This document shows positions 20,951 to 31,085 of a DNA stretch of 64,000 bases, piece after piece. Every line of letters starts with the position of its first letter. Position 1 is the stretch's first letter. The stretch lies in NCBI GenBank assembly GCA_963665115.1, contig OY762007.1, positions 7,232,001-7,296,000 on the forward strand. The letters run 5' to 3'. The DNA comes from an uncultured Rivularia sp. (GTDB taxonomy: Bacteria > Cyanobacteriota > Cyanobacteriia > Cyanobacteriales > Nostocaceae). The position numbers and the translations under genes are program-made. A model generated the notes under the pieces. The model saw only the letters and a list, made by a program, of their open reading frames with translations. It had not been told where the DNA came from and ran no database searches.

Positions 20951-21496
20951 ATGTCGTTAGCACAAGCAATATTGGCATCTTTGATTGACAAATCCTGTAG
21001 TGGGTATGATTTAGCTAAGCAATTTGATGGTTCGGTAGGTTTTTTCTGGCAAGCCTCTCACCAGCAGATTTACCGCGAACTATCTAAATTAGATAAACTT
21101 GGCTGGATAACTTCTGAGATAATTATTCAAGAAGGGCGACCTGATAAAAAAGTCTATAGCGTTACACAAGAAGGTAAGCTGAAACTGCAACAATGGATTG
21201 CCCAAACTTGCGAACCAATGCAAGTTAAAGATGATTTGTTAGTTAAAATATTTAGCGGATATATCGTATCAGAGCATACAATTTTGCAACAATTAGAACA
21301 TCATCGCAAAGCTCATATTGAGAAATTATCTACATATAGAGATTTGGAACAGAAATATTTTCAAAATCCCCAACAACTTTCACAGCCCGCAAAATTCCAG
21401 TATCTAACTCTTCGTAAAGGCATTCGTTATGAGACACAGTGGGTTGAATGGTGTAACGAAGCAATCGAGCTATTAAACGAAAAGTCAAAAAATTAA
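20951..21496 (+). CDS. PadR family transcriptional regulator (with C-terminal AphA/Vir_act-like helical domain)
   Basis: SGYDLAK.F, FWQASHQQIYREL, RPDKKVY.VT..G. Confidence 0.9.
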   Translation: MSLAQAILASLIDKSCSGYDLAKQFDGSVGFFWQASHQQIYRELSKLDKLGWITSEIIIQEGRPDKKVYSVTQEGKLKLQQWIAQTCEPMQVKDDLLVKIFSGYIVSEHTILQQLEHHRKAHIEKLSTYRDLEQKYFQNPQQLSQPAKFQYLTLRKGIRYETQWVEWCNEAIELLNEKSKN

Positions 21497-21591
21497 ACTA
21501 AAAAATTGTACGCTCTAACCATAAGTAGGTTCCCGACAACTCTTTCACCTGCTAAAATATCTTGGTCGTTTAATAGCAGTCAACATCGTCT

Positions 21592-22098
21592 TTGAGTCAG
21601 TCAACAGACCTAGTAAATAACATTGATACGTTAGCGCAAGAATTAGCGACTATCCAGCAAATGGGTTCCAAGCGAATCGCCGTGCTGGGTTCTCGTCACG
21701 TGCCTATTACCCACCAGAATTTAATTGAAATGATGACTTATGCCCTAGTTTTATCAGGGAATAGAGTTATTACTTCTGGTGCTACAGGTACCAATTCAGC
21801 CGCTATCAAGGGCGCAATGCGGGCAGATCCTAACTTTCTTACGGTAATTTTACCCCAAAGCTTAGATCGTCAGCCTTTAGAGTCGCGCCAGCAATTAGAA
21901 CAAGTGATGCATCTGGTAGAAAATTCCAGCAATGACCATTTATCGCTTGCTGAAGCGAGTTACCTCTGTAACAAGGAGATTATCTCCCGCTGTCAGCAAC
22001 TTGTATCCTTCGCCTTTCACGATAGTAGGACTTTGCTACAAACGTGTAAGGATGCAGAAGAGCAAAGAAAAGTGGTAACTTTATTCTATTTTGATTAA
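21592..22098 (+). CDS. Short DprA/Smf-like (DNA recombination-mediator A) protein conserved in cyanobacteria
   Basis: RIAVLGSR, ITSGATGTNSAAI.GA, TVILPQSL. Confidence 0.7.
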   Translation: MSQSTDLVNNIDTLAQELATIQQMGSKRIAVLGSRHVPITHQNLIEMMTYALVLSGNRVITSGATGTNSAAIKGAMRADPNFLTVILPQSLDRQPLESRQQLEQVMHLVENSSNDHLSLAEASYLCNKEIISRCQQLVSFAFHDSRTLLQTCKDAEEQRKVVTLFYFD

Positions 22099-22405
22099 TC
22101 GGTTCTGGATTTCAGATGCTTTCTTATTAGTCATTAGTCACTTTTGTAGGGATACAATCCTTCAGCCGTTTAGATAATGGTGAATGGATGTAATTAGCAC
22201 GGTTACTAATGACTAGTGAAACTATAAAGCGTGCAGCTACTATATGTAGCTGAAAGAAATTTTTGATTGCAAATAGGTCAATAAAAAGGTCACTTTTTGA
22301 TTAAATTGCACTACGAAGTGTAAGAATAATCCGCAGGAAAATAGTTCGCTTGCTCAACCACACAATTTTATACAAATAGAAAACGAATTTTTCTAATATC
22401 TATTT

Positions 22406-22825
22406 ATGTTGATGATTTCGCAATTGCCCGTATCAGTTTTATTCTTATACTGTATTGCTATAGCTTTTCTAGAGATTTACTTACCATTTCTAGCAGTCGC
22501 TTATGCTCGTTTGAGTATTGGTTACGATTATTACGCACCTCGCGCCATGTTCGATAAACTTCCACCTTACGGACAACGTGCTACTTGGGCGCATCAAAAC
22601 TGTTTTGAAGGATTTATGATTTTCGCTGTTGCGGCTTTAATGGCTTATGCAACTGGCGTTAATTCTCCTTTAGCAGCATGGGCAGCATTAACTTTTATTA
22701 CAGTTCGTTTACTGTATTCAATTTTTTATATTTTAAATATACCCATTCTACGTTCGCTTATGTATGCTGTTGGTTTAGCTTGTTCTTGTACATTACTTGT
22801 GCTGAGTATAATTCAAGCAAGTTGA
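22406..22825 (+). CDS. MAPEG family membrane protein
   Basis: RATWAHQNCFE, R..YSIFYI. Confidence 0.85.
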   Translation: MLMISQLPVSVLFLYCIAIAFLEIYLPFLAVAYARLSIGYDYYAPRAMFDKLPPYGQRATWAHQNCFEGFMIFAVAALMAYATGVNSPLAAWAALTFITVRLLYSIFYILNIPILRSLMYAVGLACSCTLLVLSIIQAS

Positions 22826-22923
22826 GTTTAGATAGTAGATAGTGAATAGTAGATAGTAGAAAAAATAGCTACTAACCACTATTAAAATGTAAAAATACTA
22901 ATAAAGAAAACTGATCTTGTTTT

Positions 22924-23415
22924 ATGGCTTCTACTTATTCTTTTGACGTTGTTAGCGATTTTGATAGACAAGAATTGGTTAACGCTGTCGATCAAGTTAC
23001 GCGAGAAATTAAAGGTCGTTACGATTTAAAAGATACTAAAACTACAGTGGAATTAGAGGAAGATAGTATAAAAGTAAATACAGATAGCGAGTTTACTTTA
23101 GACACAATAAATACTGTATTGCGAGAAAAAGCGGCAAAGCGTAAACTGTCTCAAAAAATCTTTGAATTTGGCGAACCCGAATCCGCTGGTGGTAATCGAG
23201 TTAATCAAGAAATCAAGTTGAAAAAAGGTATTAGTCAAGAGATTGCCAAAAAGATTTCTAAAATGATTCGCGATGAATTCAAAAAAATACAGGCATCTAT
23301 CCAGGGAGATGCAGTACGAGTTACTAGTAAAAATAAAGACGATTTGCAAACTGTAATGCAGCGGTTGAAAGAAGAAGAATTACCATGTGCTTTGCAGTTT
23401 ACCAATTATCGTTAG
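22924..23415 (+). CDS. yajQ: YajQ family nucleotide-binding protein
   Basis: [31 protein letters not shown]. Confidence 0.93.
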   Translation: MASTYSFDVVSDFDRQELVNAVDQVTREIKGRYDLKDTKTTVELEEDSIKVNTDSEFTLDTINTVLREKAAKRKLSQKIFEFGEPESAGGNRVNQEIKLKKGISQEIAKKISKMIRDEFKKIQASIQGDAVRVTSKNKDDLQTVMQRLKEEELPCALQFTNYR

Positions 23416-23618
23416 TTAGTAGCTAAGGTTCGTAGTCAGGGCTTAAGCCCTTGTTGTTCAAGGACTAAAGTCCCTACTACAAACCTTTGTTAAATTAGAA
23501 TTCTCATTACATATACAATTTATTTATGTCCTCCGGACACGCTGAGCCGCACGCTCCGCGTGAACGCTAACGTGTCTAACCCAACCTATAAATTACCTAC
23601 AAATTAATCTTTTAAAAC

Positions 23619-24176
23619 CTAACCGCGAGAAACCATAGCCTTTTGAAATGCCGGACGTTCGGCAAGTTTCTTCATGTAGCTGGTAACGTTTGCATACTCG
23701 CTTAAATCCAGCTTGAGCATCATCGGAATATAGTTGAGCATCGAACCTACTGCTACATCAGCAACGGTAAATTCATTGCCTAATAAGAAAGGTTGTTTCC
23801 CTAAAATTTCATTCAAAGGATTCATTAGTTTAGGCATTTCCTTTTCTCTGGTAGCTTCAATAAAAACACCCGGTCCCAAAGTAGCATTTGCAAACAAACT
23901 CCACTGAGAATAAATACCGCGTTCCTCTGGAGAAAGAGTTTTTTTACTATATTTATCGGCAAGATATAGCAATATTGCGCCGGATTCCCAAAGTATAAAA
24001 TCGCCGTCTGTAATTGCTGGAACTTTACCCATTGGATTTATTGCGAGAAATTCCGGCTTGAGATGTTCTCCGGCTTTCATATCCAGCTTGACGAATTCGT
24101 AGGGAATTTCTAATTCTTCTAAATACCAGTGAACAATTGAAGCGCGGCTGAAGGTTCCACCGTAGAGTTTTATCAT
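23619..24176 (-). CDS. Glutathione S-transferase
   Basis: INPMGKVPAI, LWESGAILLYL, FTVADV. Confidence 0.92.
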   Translation of the reverse strand: MIKLYGGTFSRASIVHWYLEELEIPYEFVKLDMKAGEHLKPEFLAINPMGKVPAITDGDFILWESGAILLYLADKYSKKTLSPEERGIYSQWSLFANATLGPGVFIEATREKEMPKLMNPLNEILGKQPFLLGNEFTVADVAVGSMLNYIPMMLKLDLSEYANVTSYMKKLAERPAFQKAMVSRG

Positions 24177-24291
24177 GGGTTTGATTGTTGGGGGGAAGGG
24201 TTTATGTTAGATACTGCTTATCCTACACAAATTTTTGCGTCGTCATTCAAGATTTGGAGACGTAGCACTGCTACGTCTCTACACAAGTTAT

Positions 24292-25659
24292 TTATGACGC
24301 GCTTAATAATGCCTGTTTAAATGCTTTGGCACTTTTAAAATAAATTTCTGGTTCTTCTATTAAAGCTAAGTCAATTACTTCGGCTAATTTTTTAGGAATA
24401 TTTGTATTGCGATCGCGAATGGGTACTGGTTTATTTCGCAATACTTCTAAAAATATATCTTTACCTGTAAAATCGCGGGGATAATATCCAGTTAACATAT
24501 AGTACAAAGAAGCCGCAGCAGCCCAAACATCAACTTCTGGTTTGGCATATTTGAATTCTAGTACTTGCTGTCGCGGTATAAAAACGGGAGTTCCAACTCT
24601 AGAACCAGTTCTAGTTTGCCCGCTTAAACCAGCTAAATCAAAGGCTTTTGATAAACCATAATCGCCAATTTTAGCGGTGATTTTACCATCTTGATAAGTT
24701 AAAAAAATATTGCCCGGTTTCAAATCGCGGTGAACCAAACCTTTACCTTTTCCCAAGTTACCATCGCCTAATTTAATATAAGGAATTTCTGCGTTGTGAG
24801 TATATGACAAACCATCTAAAACTTGCAGGATAATCGCAGTAGCAATATCAATAGATAATTTACCTTGTTGCTGTCTGATTAAATCTTCAACAGTACCACC
24901 TTGGCAATATTCCATTGTGAAGAAGAAAATTCCCTCAGAGTAGCCATAATCAATTAAGTGAACTACATGAGGGTGTCGTAAAATTTTGATATTTTCTGTT
25001 TCTCGTAAAAATAAATTTACCGCATATTCGTTAGCTGCAACTTGAGGTAACATTATCTTGAGAGCGATAATTTTTTTTGAAGTATTGTGTTGTGCTAAAT
25101 AAACTTCACCACATCCACCTCTACCTAAAATTTGAATAATATCGTACCCTTTTATTGCTATTAAATTACTATTTTCGGCTTTTGCTAATCCTAAAAGCTT
25201 TTTGATATATTCCAGTAAATTTGCAGCTTCTGTTGGAGTATTATCAAAATCTATTGTGGGAGGAAAGAAATGATTAATTTTAATTTCCTCTGGTTTGCTT
25301 TCAATACTGACATTAAATACCGTATTACTTAATTTAATTTCATCACCATTTTGTAAATCAAATTCCGGAAAAACTTCCTCTGCTGCTTCTTCTGGAGTTT
25401 GATTATCTTGTCTTTGTCCAATTTTTTTATTGTTTACATAAGTTCCATTTCTGCTACCAAAATCGCGGATGCGAATATCGGGGGGATTTACGTCTAATAA
25501 ACAGTGATAGCGAGAAATAGCAGAATGATTTTTATCGTTTGGTAGTTTTATATTGCAGTCTTTTGCTCTACCGATAATACAGCTAGTGCGGGAATCAAAA
25601 ATATATTGTCTTCCGGGTAATTTTCCTTCGGTGATGGTGAGGATTACTTTAGCTGACAT
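24292..25659 (-). CDS. FHA-domain Ser/Thr protein kinase
   Basis: FHA (IGR, ISRYH, SRNGTYVN) plus kinase (GRGGCGEV, ALK, HRDLKPGN, DYG, DVW). Confidence 0.92.
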   Translation of the reverse strand: MSAKVILTITEGKLPGRQYIFDSRTSCIIGRAKDCNIKLPNDKNHSAISRYHCLLDVNPPDIRIRDFGSRNGTYVNNKKIGQRQDNQTPEEAAEEVFPEFDLQNGDEIKLSNTVFNVSIESKPEEIKINHFFPPTIDFDNTPTEAANLLEYIKKLLGLAKAENSNLIAIKGYDIIQILGRGGCGEVYLAQHNTSKKIIALKIMLPQVAANEYAVNLFLRETENIKILRHPHVVHLIDYGYSEGIFFFTMEYCQGGTVEDLIRQQQGKLSIDIATAIILQVLDGLSYTHNAEIPYIKLGDGNLGKGKGLVHRDLKPGNIFLTYQDGKITAKIGDYGLSKAFDLAGLSGQTRTGSRVGTPVFIPRQQVLEFKYAKPEVDVWAAAASLYYMLTGYYPRDFTGKDIFLEVLRNKPVPIRDRNTNIPKKLAEVIDLALIEEPEIYFKSAKAFKQALLSAS

Positions 25660-25939
25660 GGGATATTTGGATGATGATAAATTGTAGGGTGCTGTGACGG
25701 TTTCGATAAATTAGAATAAAAACGATTAATAATCGAATTACCGTCACGCACCATCAGAATATTGGGTAGCATCCCAATTTTTTGACGCAATACCCTATAA
25801 GGGTATCGCTACAATTACAAAGCCTGCGGAGGCAGGCTTCGATGAATTTGAATAAAAACGATTAATAATCGAATTACCGTCACGCACCATCAACATATTG
25901 CGACAATATATAAAATAATGACACGTTGATAATTTATCT

Positions 25940-26074
25940 ATGACAATAACACTTAATTTACCACCAGAGATGGAATTTTATTTGATTCGGGAAGCAGAAA
26001 AAAAAGGTGTATCTGTAGAAGATTATATTTTGGAGATTTTAGCAGAATATATTTCAAAAGAAATTAATTCGTAA
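25940..26074 (+). CDS. 44-aa ribbon-helix-helix/antitoxin-like mini-protein (not in ORF track)
   Basis: MTITLNLPPEMEFYLIREAEKKGVSVEDYILEILAEYISKEINS*; beta-strand/LP/helix-G.S-helix pattern. Confidence 0.6.
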   Translation: MTITLNLPPEMEFYLIREAEKKGVSVEDYILEILAEYISKEINS

Positions 26075-26310
26075 TTTTTAAGGGCTGTTAGTAAATAGTG
26101 ATACACCATATAAATTGGTTGGTGCGTGACGGTGATATGAATTCATCTCGTTAAAATTGAAAATTATCGTAACCGTCACAGCACCGTACAAAATCAATTA
26201 AATAAAACTCCTCATTCTCTATTTATTGATTGGTGCGTGACGGTAATATGAATTCATCTCGTTAAATTTGAAAGATTTTCGTAACCGTCACAGCACCCTA
26301 CAAATTTTAA

Positions 26311-26709
26311 TTAAATAAATAATTCTGGAGAAACGTTGAAAAATTTTCCTAAAGCTTCTGTTTGTATTTCAGTAATTGCGCGTTTACCATCAATAACTTC
26401 TGAAACAATCTCTTCTGAGCCAAAAATCTCTACTAATTCAGATTTGTCTATTCCTTGTGCTTCCATTAAATGTTGAAGAATTATATGAGGTGAAGATTTA
26501 CCCATAGGGTAATTTTTATTTTCATATTCTTCTATCAATCTGACTAAAATTTTTAATAAAGCGGTTTCTTCTTGGGAACGATTTTTATTACCTATTAATT
26601 GTTCTGCATTAGCTAGCATATGCTCGTATTCTTCTTCTGATGTTATGACTTGTGGTTGATATTGGGCTAAAAGTTTACCGTAAGTATTTCTGTCAAAAGC
26701 TAAAGACAT
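26311..26709 (-). CDS. higA: HigA family antitoxin (HTH)
   Basis: P.VI.SEEEY, LIEEYE, L.HLME..G....L..IFGS...VSEVI.GKR.I. Confidence 0.85.
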   Translation of the reverse strand: MSLAFDRNTYGKLLAQYQPQVITSEEEYEHMLANAEQLIGNKNRSQEETALLKILVRLIEEYENKNYPMGKSSPHIILQHLMEAQGIDKSELVEIFGSEEIVSEVIDGKRAITEIQTEALGKFFNVSPELFI

Positions 26710-26797
26710 TATTCTGTAGTTTTAATTTTATATACGAGATTTTTACTTTAGAAAATCTAAGATTGTAGATGCGAGTGAAATAAGTTAGTTACTATGC

Positions 26798-27097
26798 TCA
26801 AAAATAAGGGTTATTTTTCCATCTATCTTTATCATAATCAGCATGAGTTAAAAAGTATTTATAGTAAATTGTCTGGGTTTCATAGTCGATATCTACAATT
26901 AGACGGTATGAATTACCTTTGATATTAAAAACTGTAAAATTTCCTACCGCATCAGCAGACGGATAATTTTGTCGAACGTCGTCCAGATGCTGCCATGATG
27001 CTGATTTCACAACCCGATACCAAGCTTCAACCTGCTCGATTGCATCTGGATATTTTGCAGCGTCAGCACGTAAATTACGAATGCTGATTAAATGCAT
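26798..27097 (-). CDS. higB: HigB family mRNA interferase toxin
   Basis: MHLIS, W...DVR..YPSADAVGNFTVFNIKGN.YRLI, FLTHADYDK; toxin upstream of antitoxin. Confidence 0.88.
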   Translation of the reverse strand: MHLISIRNLRADAAKYPDAIEQVEAWYRVVKSASWQHLDDVRQNYPSADAVGNFTVFNIKGNSYRLIVDIDYETQTIYYKYFLTHADYDKDRWKNNPYF

Positions 27098-27157
27098 AAT
27101 ATAAAATTCATCCAAATATTTACACACCCTCGTATATTAAAATATCAAAAAAATTCG

Positions 27158-27173
27158 ACCGCCTAACGGCGGT
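27158..27173 (-). promoter_or_regulatory. GC hairpin downstream of the putative DGR variable region (candidate cis homing element)
   Basis: ACCGCC-GTTA-GGCGGT on the coding strand, 56 nt past the stop, after a pyrimidine-rich tract. Confidence 0.6.
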
Positions 27174-27229
27174 GGCAAGGGTAAAAAAGAAAGAATAGAG
27201 GGGAAAAGGGGAAAAGAAAAAAGGGCTAA

Positions 27230-29236
27230 TTAAGTCCTCCCAACCGCACACACCACACGAAAACCAAGGTCGTTGAGGAAGTCGTCGCGCTTTGCCCTAC
27301 CGTTGTAGTAGCGGCACGCAGAACGGCAGCCTCTAGGACCATTGAACCAGGAACCGCCCCGCAGTAAAACATAACCCGTTTTTTGAGAAAGATTATTATT
27401 CTCATCAAACCAAGCACTACCATCAATCGGCGCTCCCTGATAATTATCGTGCCAATCATCAAGACACCATTCCCAAACATTGCCGTGCATATCGTATAAT
27501 CCAAAAGAATTGGCAGGGAAACTTCCTACATCTGTAGTTTTTTTCTGATATACACCCTTCGGTGCTGCACCATATATAAAATTACCGGCGTAATTTGCTA
27601 AATCGGTTGTAATAATTTCCCCAAAATGAAATGGTGTTGTAGTTCCAGCACTACAAGCATATTCCCACTCCGCTTCACTGGGTAATCGATATTGTTTTCC
27701 TGTTAGTTGGGATAGTTTCTCACAAAACTTTACAGCATCGTACCAATTGACTCTTTCTACAGGTCGCTTTTCACCTTCAAAGTAGGAAGGATTTCTCCCC
27801 ATAATTGCTTGATACTGTTCTTGAGTAACTTCGTATTTACCCATGAAAAAGGGTTTAATATTTACTTTATGTTGAGGACCTTCGTCATTTCTATTTTGCT
27901 TTTCATCTTCTGGCGCACCCATCATAAAACTACCACCAGGAATTTTTACCATTTCTAGGATTATGCCGTTACCTAAATCTTCTGTAAAACCTTCTGCTTG
28001 TCCGCGATAACGTTTAATTTCAAGATTAATTTTAGTTTTTCTACCAATACCGAGAAATCCAGGATTAACTATTTCTTCTACTTCCTCAAATTTTGCGTAC
28101 TCAAAGTCAAATTTCTGAGAAGGGATTTTTTCAGGTGTATTATTTTGACGAACCTGTGGTGATTTCTGAGGTAGTTGAGGAAGAGAAAATGGTAATGGTG
28201 GAATCTGAATCTCATCAAATAGTGATGCATCTAGTTCGTCTACTTCGTCTTCGTCTATAATAGGATTTTGAACAGATTTCTCAGGTGCTTGAGGAATCTG
28301 TAATGGTTTTTGAGGTGTGGAAGCTTTATTGTTATTTACGGGTTTCGCTGGAGTAGATTTTGCAGCTACAGGTGGTGTAATAATTGTAGGCTTATTAATA
28401 ACAGGTATAGGTTTAGGCTGAATTGGCAATATTAATTCCAACCATTCCCACACCGTCTGAGTTCTCTCATAAGGCTCCAAGCCCATCCCTTTGATAATCG
28501 CATCATTCAACCTGTCACTAATATCGGGATTCCGCTGTTTCGGTGCTGGTAAAGGAATACCAGTTTGACGAAAATTAGCAGGTAAAGGAGTTTCCCCAGT
28601 TAACAAAGCATACAATGTCGCAGCTAAAGCATAAACATCAGTATAAGCACCAAATTTCCCCCGTCTTTCATACTGCTCAATCGGTGCATAACCTTCTGTT
28701 TTAGAATTAGTCATGCTTCCGGTTTGATTTAGGTTAAATTCCCGTGCTAAACCAAAGTCAATTAATACTGCTTGTTGCTGATTTTGACGCAGCATTATAT
28801 TATTTGGCTTCACATCCCGATGCAGCATTCCTTGCTGATGGATATATTCTAAAGCCGTTCCAATTTGGTTTATATACTTTAATGCTTCAACTTCCGATAA
28901 TTTACCGCGTTGGTTAATATATACAGCTAAATCTTCACCTGAAATATATTCCATCACCATTCCCCAAAGTCCATTTTCATTAATCACTTCATAGACTTTG
29001 ACGATGTGAGGATGGCTGCACTGTACTAAACGAAAAGCTTCTTGAACAAACTTTACCTGCTGTTGTTCAAAATCTACTTTGCTTTGATGAATCGGGTTAA
29101 GAGTTTTTATTGCAACAATATTATTAGTATTTGTATCTATAGCGCTATAGGTAATGCCAAAGCCACCACCACCTAAGACTTTTTGAATGGTGAATTTACC
29201 GTTTTGCAGTTGATGGTTAGATGTCCAGAGTTGCAT
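27230..29236 (-). CDS. Ser/Thr kinase + Pro-rich linker + FGE-sulfatase (CLec-fold) domain protein; putative DGR target
   Basis: GGGGFG, HRDVKPNN, DFG, APIE; F.MG, YEVT, YRLPSEAEWEYAC, GLYDMHGNVWEW, RGGSW, GFRVV. Confidence 0.92.
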   Translation of the reverse strand: MQLWTSNHQLQNGKFTIQKVLGGGGFGITYSAIDTNTNNIVAIKTLNPIHQSKVDFEQQQVKFVQEAFRLVQCSHPHIVKVYEVINENGLWGMVMEYISGEDLAVYINQRGKLSEVEALKYINQIGTALEYIHQQGMLHRDVKPNNIMLRQNQQQAVLIDFGLAREFNLNQTGSMTNSKTEGYAPIEQYERRGKFGAYTDVYALAATLYALLTGETPLPANFRQTGIPLPAPKQRNPDISDRLNDAIIKGMGLEPYERTQTVWEWLELILPIQPKPIPVINKPTIITPPVAAKSTPAKPVNNNKASTPQKPLQIPQAPEKSVQNPIIDEDEVDELDASLFDEIQIPPLPFSLPQLPQKSPQVRQNNTPEKIPSQKFDFEYAKFEEVEEIVNPGFLGIGRKTKINLEIKRYRGQAEGFTEDLGNGIILEMVKIPGGSFMMGAPEDEKQNRNDEGPQHKVNIKPFFMGKYEVTQEQYQAIMGRNPSYFEGEKRPVERVNWYDAVKFCEKLSQLTGKQYRLPSEAEWEYACSAGTTTPFHFGEIITTDLANYAGNFIYGAAPKGVYQKKTTDVGSFPANSFGLYDMHGNVWEWCLDDWHDNYQGAPIDGSAWFDENNNLSQKTGYVLLRGGSWFNGPRGCRSACRYYNGRAKRDDFLNDLGFRVVCAVGRT
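27233..27364 (-). other. Putative DGR variable region (VR)
   Basis: Last 44 codons: conserved residues use adenine-free codons, variable positions are mostly NNC/NNT; only 2 of 44 codons end in A. Confidence 0.7.
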
Positions 29237-29625
29237 TGTTGCATTAGGGAGTGGTTTTAGTCGGGTTTTGTTTCTTTTATATTTATTACAGGAAAATTGC
29301 GGATAATTTCGTGAAAATTATGTTTATTTTTGCGGGAAGTTTAATATTTACCTGGGATTTTTACCTAAGAATTTATGGTGTAATCATATTTATCGTTTGG
29401 TGCGTGACGGTAGTTCCAATTTAGTGCGCTTTGTTGAGAAACTTTTCGTAACCGTCACAGCACCCTAGGGTCTTACTAACTGACTAGATTAAACACGAGG
29501 CAGAGCCTCTAATAACTGCATTCCTTGCCGGAGACAAGGAACGAGGGATAATCTCAGCCTGCGGAGGCAGGCTTTGTTCTTATAGCCCCACCCTTCGAGG
29601 GTGAGGGCGACGCGGGTATGCCCAA

Positions 29626-30090
29626 CTACAAAACTTTATGAGTATGAGAATGCTGTTTCACGTTGTCATCTTTACTAACTATTCTTTGAGCGTTTAATAC
29701 TCGCTTTTTCTCTATGGAGTATTGAAAGTCGCTGTAGGTTTTACCCATAGAAATTAGAGATTGTGCTTCTTCCTTACGCTTATAGGTGCGTGCTGCTGCA
29801 AATGCTCTTTCACCAAAGTCGTTAACTATTTGTGCGGAGTTGTCTAATTCTGGTGGTTTATGGGCTGTTTCACCATCAAAAACTTTTCCTAATGTGGTTG
29901 CTACGGCTGATTTATAGGATGTGGGAAGCCCTTTGAAGAGTGATTCTAAGGAAGCTGAGGGAATAGGTTCGATTACGTCAACTTGATGCACTTCACCATC
30001 TTCTTTGATAAAGCAGGTTGCTAAACCGATGACTATGTAATCATCTGCGGCTAAATCAGGAGCGTCGGGATAAGAAATTGTATTTACCAT
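29626..30090 (-). CDS. Conserved cyanobacterial hypothetical protein
   Basis: DDY.VIGLATCF, EPIPSA, R..AAARTY, DNVKQH.HTHKVL; ATG at 30090 likely. Confidence 0.7.
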   Translation of the reverse strand: MVNTISYPDAPDLAADDYIVIGLATCFIKEDGEVHQVDVIEPIPSASLESLFKGLPTSYKSAVATTLGKVFDGETAHKPPELDNSAQIVNDFGERAFAAARTYKRKEEAQSLISMGKTYSDFQYSIEKKRVLNAQRIVSKDDNVKQHSHTHKVL

Positions 30091-30263
30091 TTGATTACCT
30101 AAAATCAGTGAGCAGCGAGCAGTTGAAGGCATTTTACCAGTTGCCAAGCTGTCAAAGGTGGCGATCGCTCTAAATTGCAATTATTTGTGATTTTCTGGAA
30201 TTGACTGTGAAGCTTTGGTAGCCATTATTAGTTCCAAGCCGAGGAGTGTAATTATGCGCTCGG

Positions 30264-31085
30264 ATGTGGGAATTAATGGATGATGAATCCTACACAGGGG
30301 CACCACCAAAAGCGGACGTACTAACCAACTCAGGCAAGGATGATATGAAGATTCACTTATTTTCAACATTCGGTGACAAGCAAAATAATATCGGCAAACG
30401 CGATGCTGCGAGATTTGCTGCTGATGAACACAGCTATGAGGATAGTAATTGTCAATTATACGCTTATGGAGATCGAGATTTACGCTCCTGTGCTTTAAAA
30501 TCGGCAAAAACTGGCGATTTTAATTTTGCGATCGCAGCTTTGAATCAGTTAATTGAGCGTAATCCCGATAATGCCATCGATTACAATAATCGCGGTTTGG
30601 TTTATTTTCAGAGTGGTGAAGAACAAAAAGCTGTTCGCGATTTTAATCGGGCGATACAAATAAATCCTGGATTGCCTAGTGCTTACAATAACCGAGCTAA
30701 TTATTATGCTGGTATTGGAGATTTGGAAGCAGCACTGGCAGATTATGAAAAAGCTTTAGATTTAAATCCTACTCACGTTAGAGCGTGGATTAACCGAGGT
30801 ATTACCTTGCGTGAATTGGGAGAATATAATGAAGCGATTGATAATTTTGAAACGGCACTATTTTTTGGAAAATTAGAAAGCTATATTTTGGCTGAGAAAG
30901 GCAGAACTTATCATGCATGGGGCGAATGGAACTGTGCGATCGCCGACTATAATCGTGCTTTGAAAAAACTACCAACTCACGCTTCTGGAACTGATAACCA
31001 AACTCTACGTCTACGCTTACAAGTAGAAAATTGGTTAAATGAATTACTACTTCCCATGCATCCTGAATGGAAGATTGGTGAATGA
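30264..31085 (+). CDS. TPR repeat protein
   Basis: YNNRG/YNNRA/WINRG TPR units. Confidence 0.85.
   Translation: MWELMDDESYTGAPPKADVLTNSGKDDMKIHLFSTFGDKQNNIGKRDAARFAADEHSYEDSNCQLYAYGDRDLRSCALKSAKTGDFNFAIAALNQLIERNPDNAIDYNNRGLVYFQSGEEQKAVRDFNRAIQINPGLPSAYNNRANYYAGIGDLEAALADYEKALDLNPTHVRAWINRGITLRELGEYNEAIDNFETALFFGKLESYILAEKGRTYHAWGEWNCAIADYNRALKKLPTHASGTDNQTLRLRLQVENWLNELLLPMHPEWKIGE

Noticed and set aside
25684..26301. Possible CRISPR-like or integron attC array
   Set aside because: Copies are in mixed orientation, irregularly spaced and GTAG-ended like REPs; no integrase or cas gene is present.
27226..27504. Alternative-frame ORF or DGR template repeat
   Set aside because: It overlaps the real kinase-FGE frame. 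No second, adenine-rich copy of the VR was found in the window.
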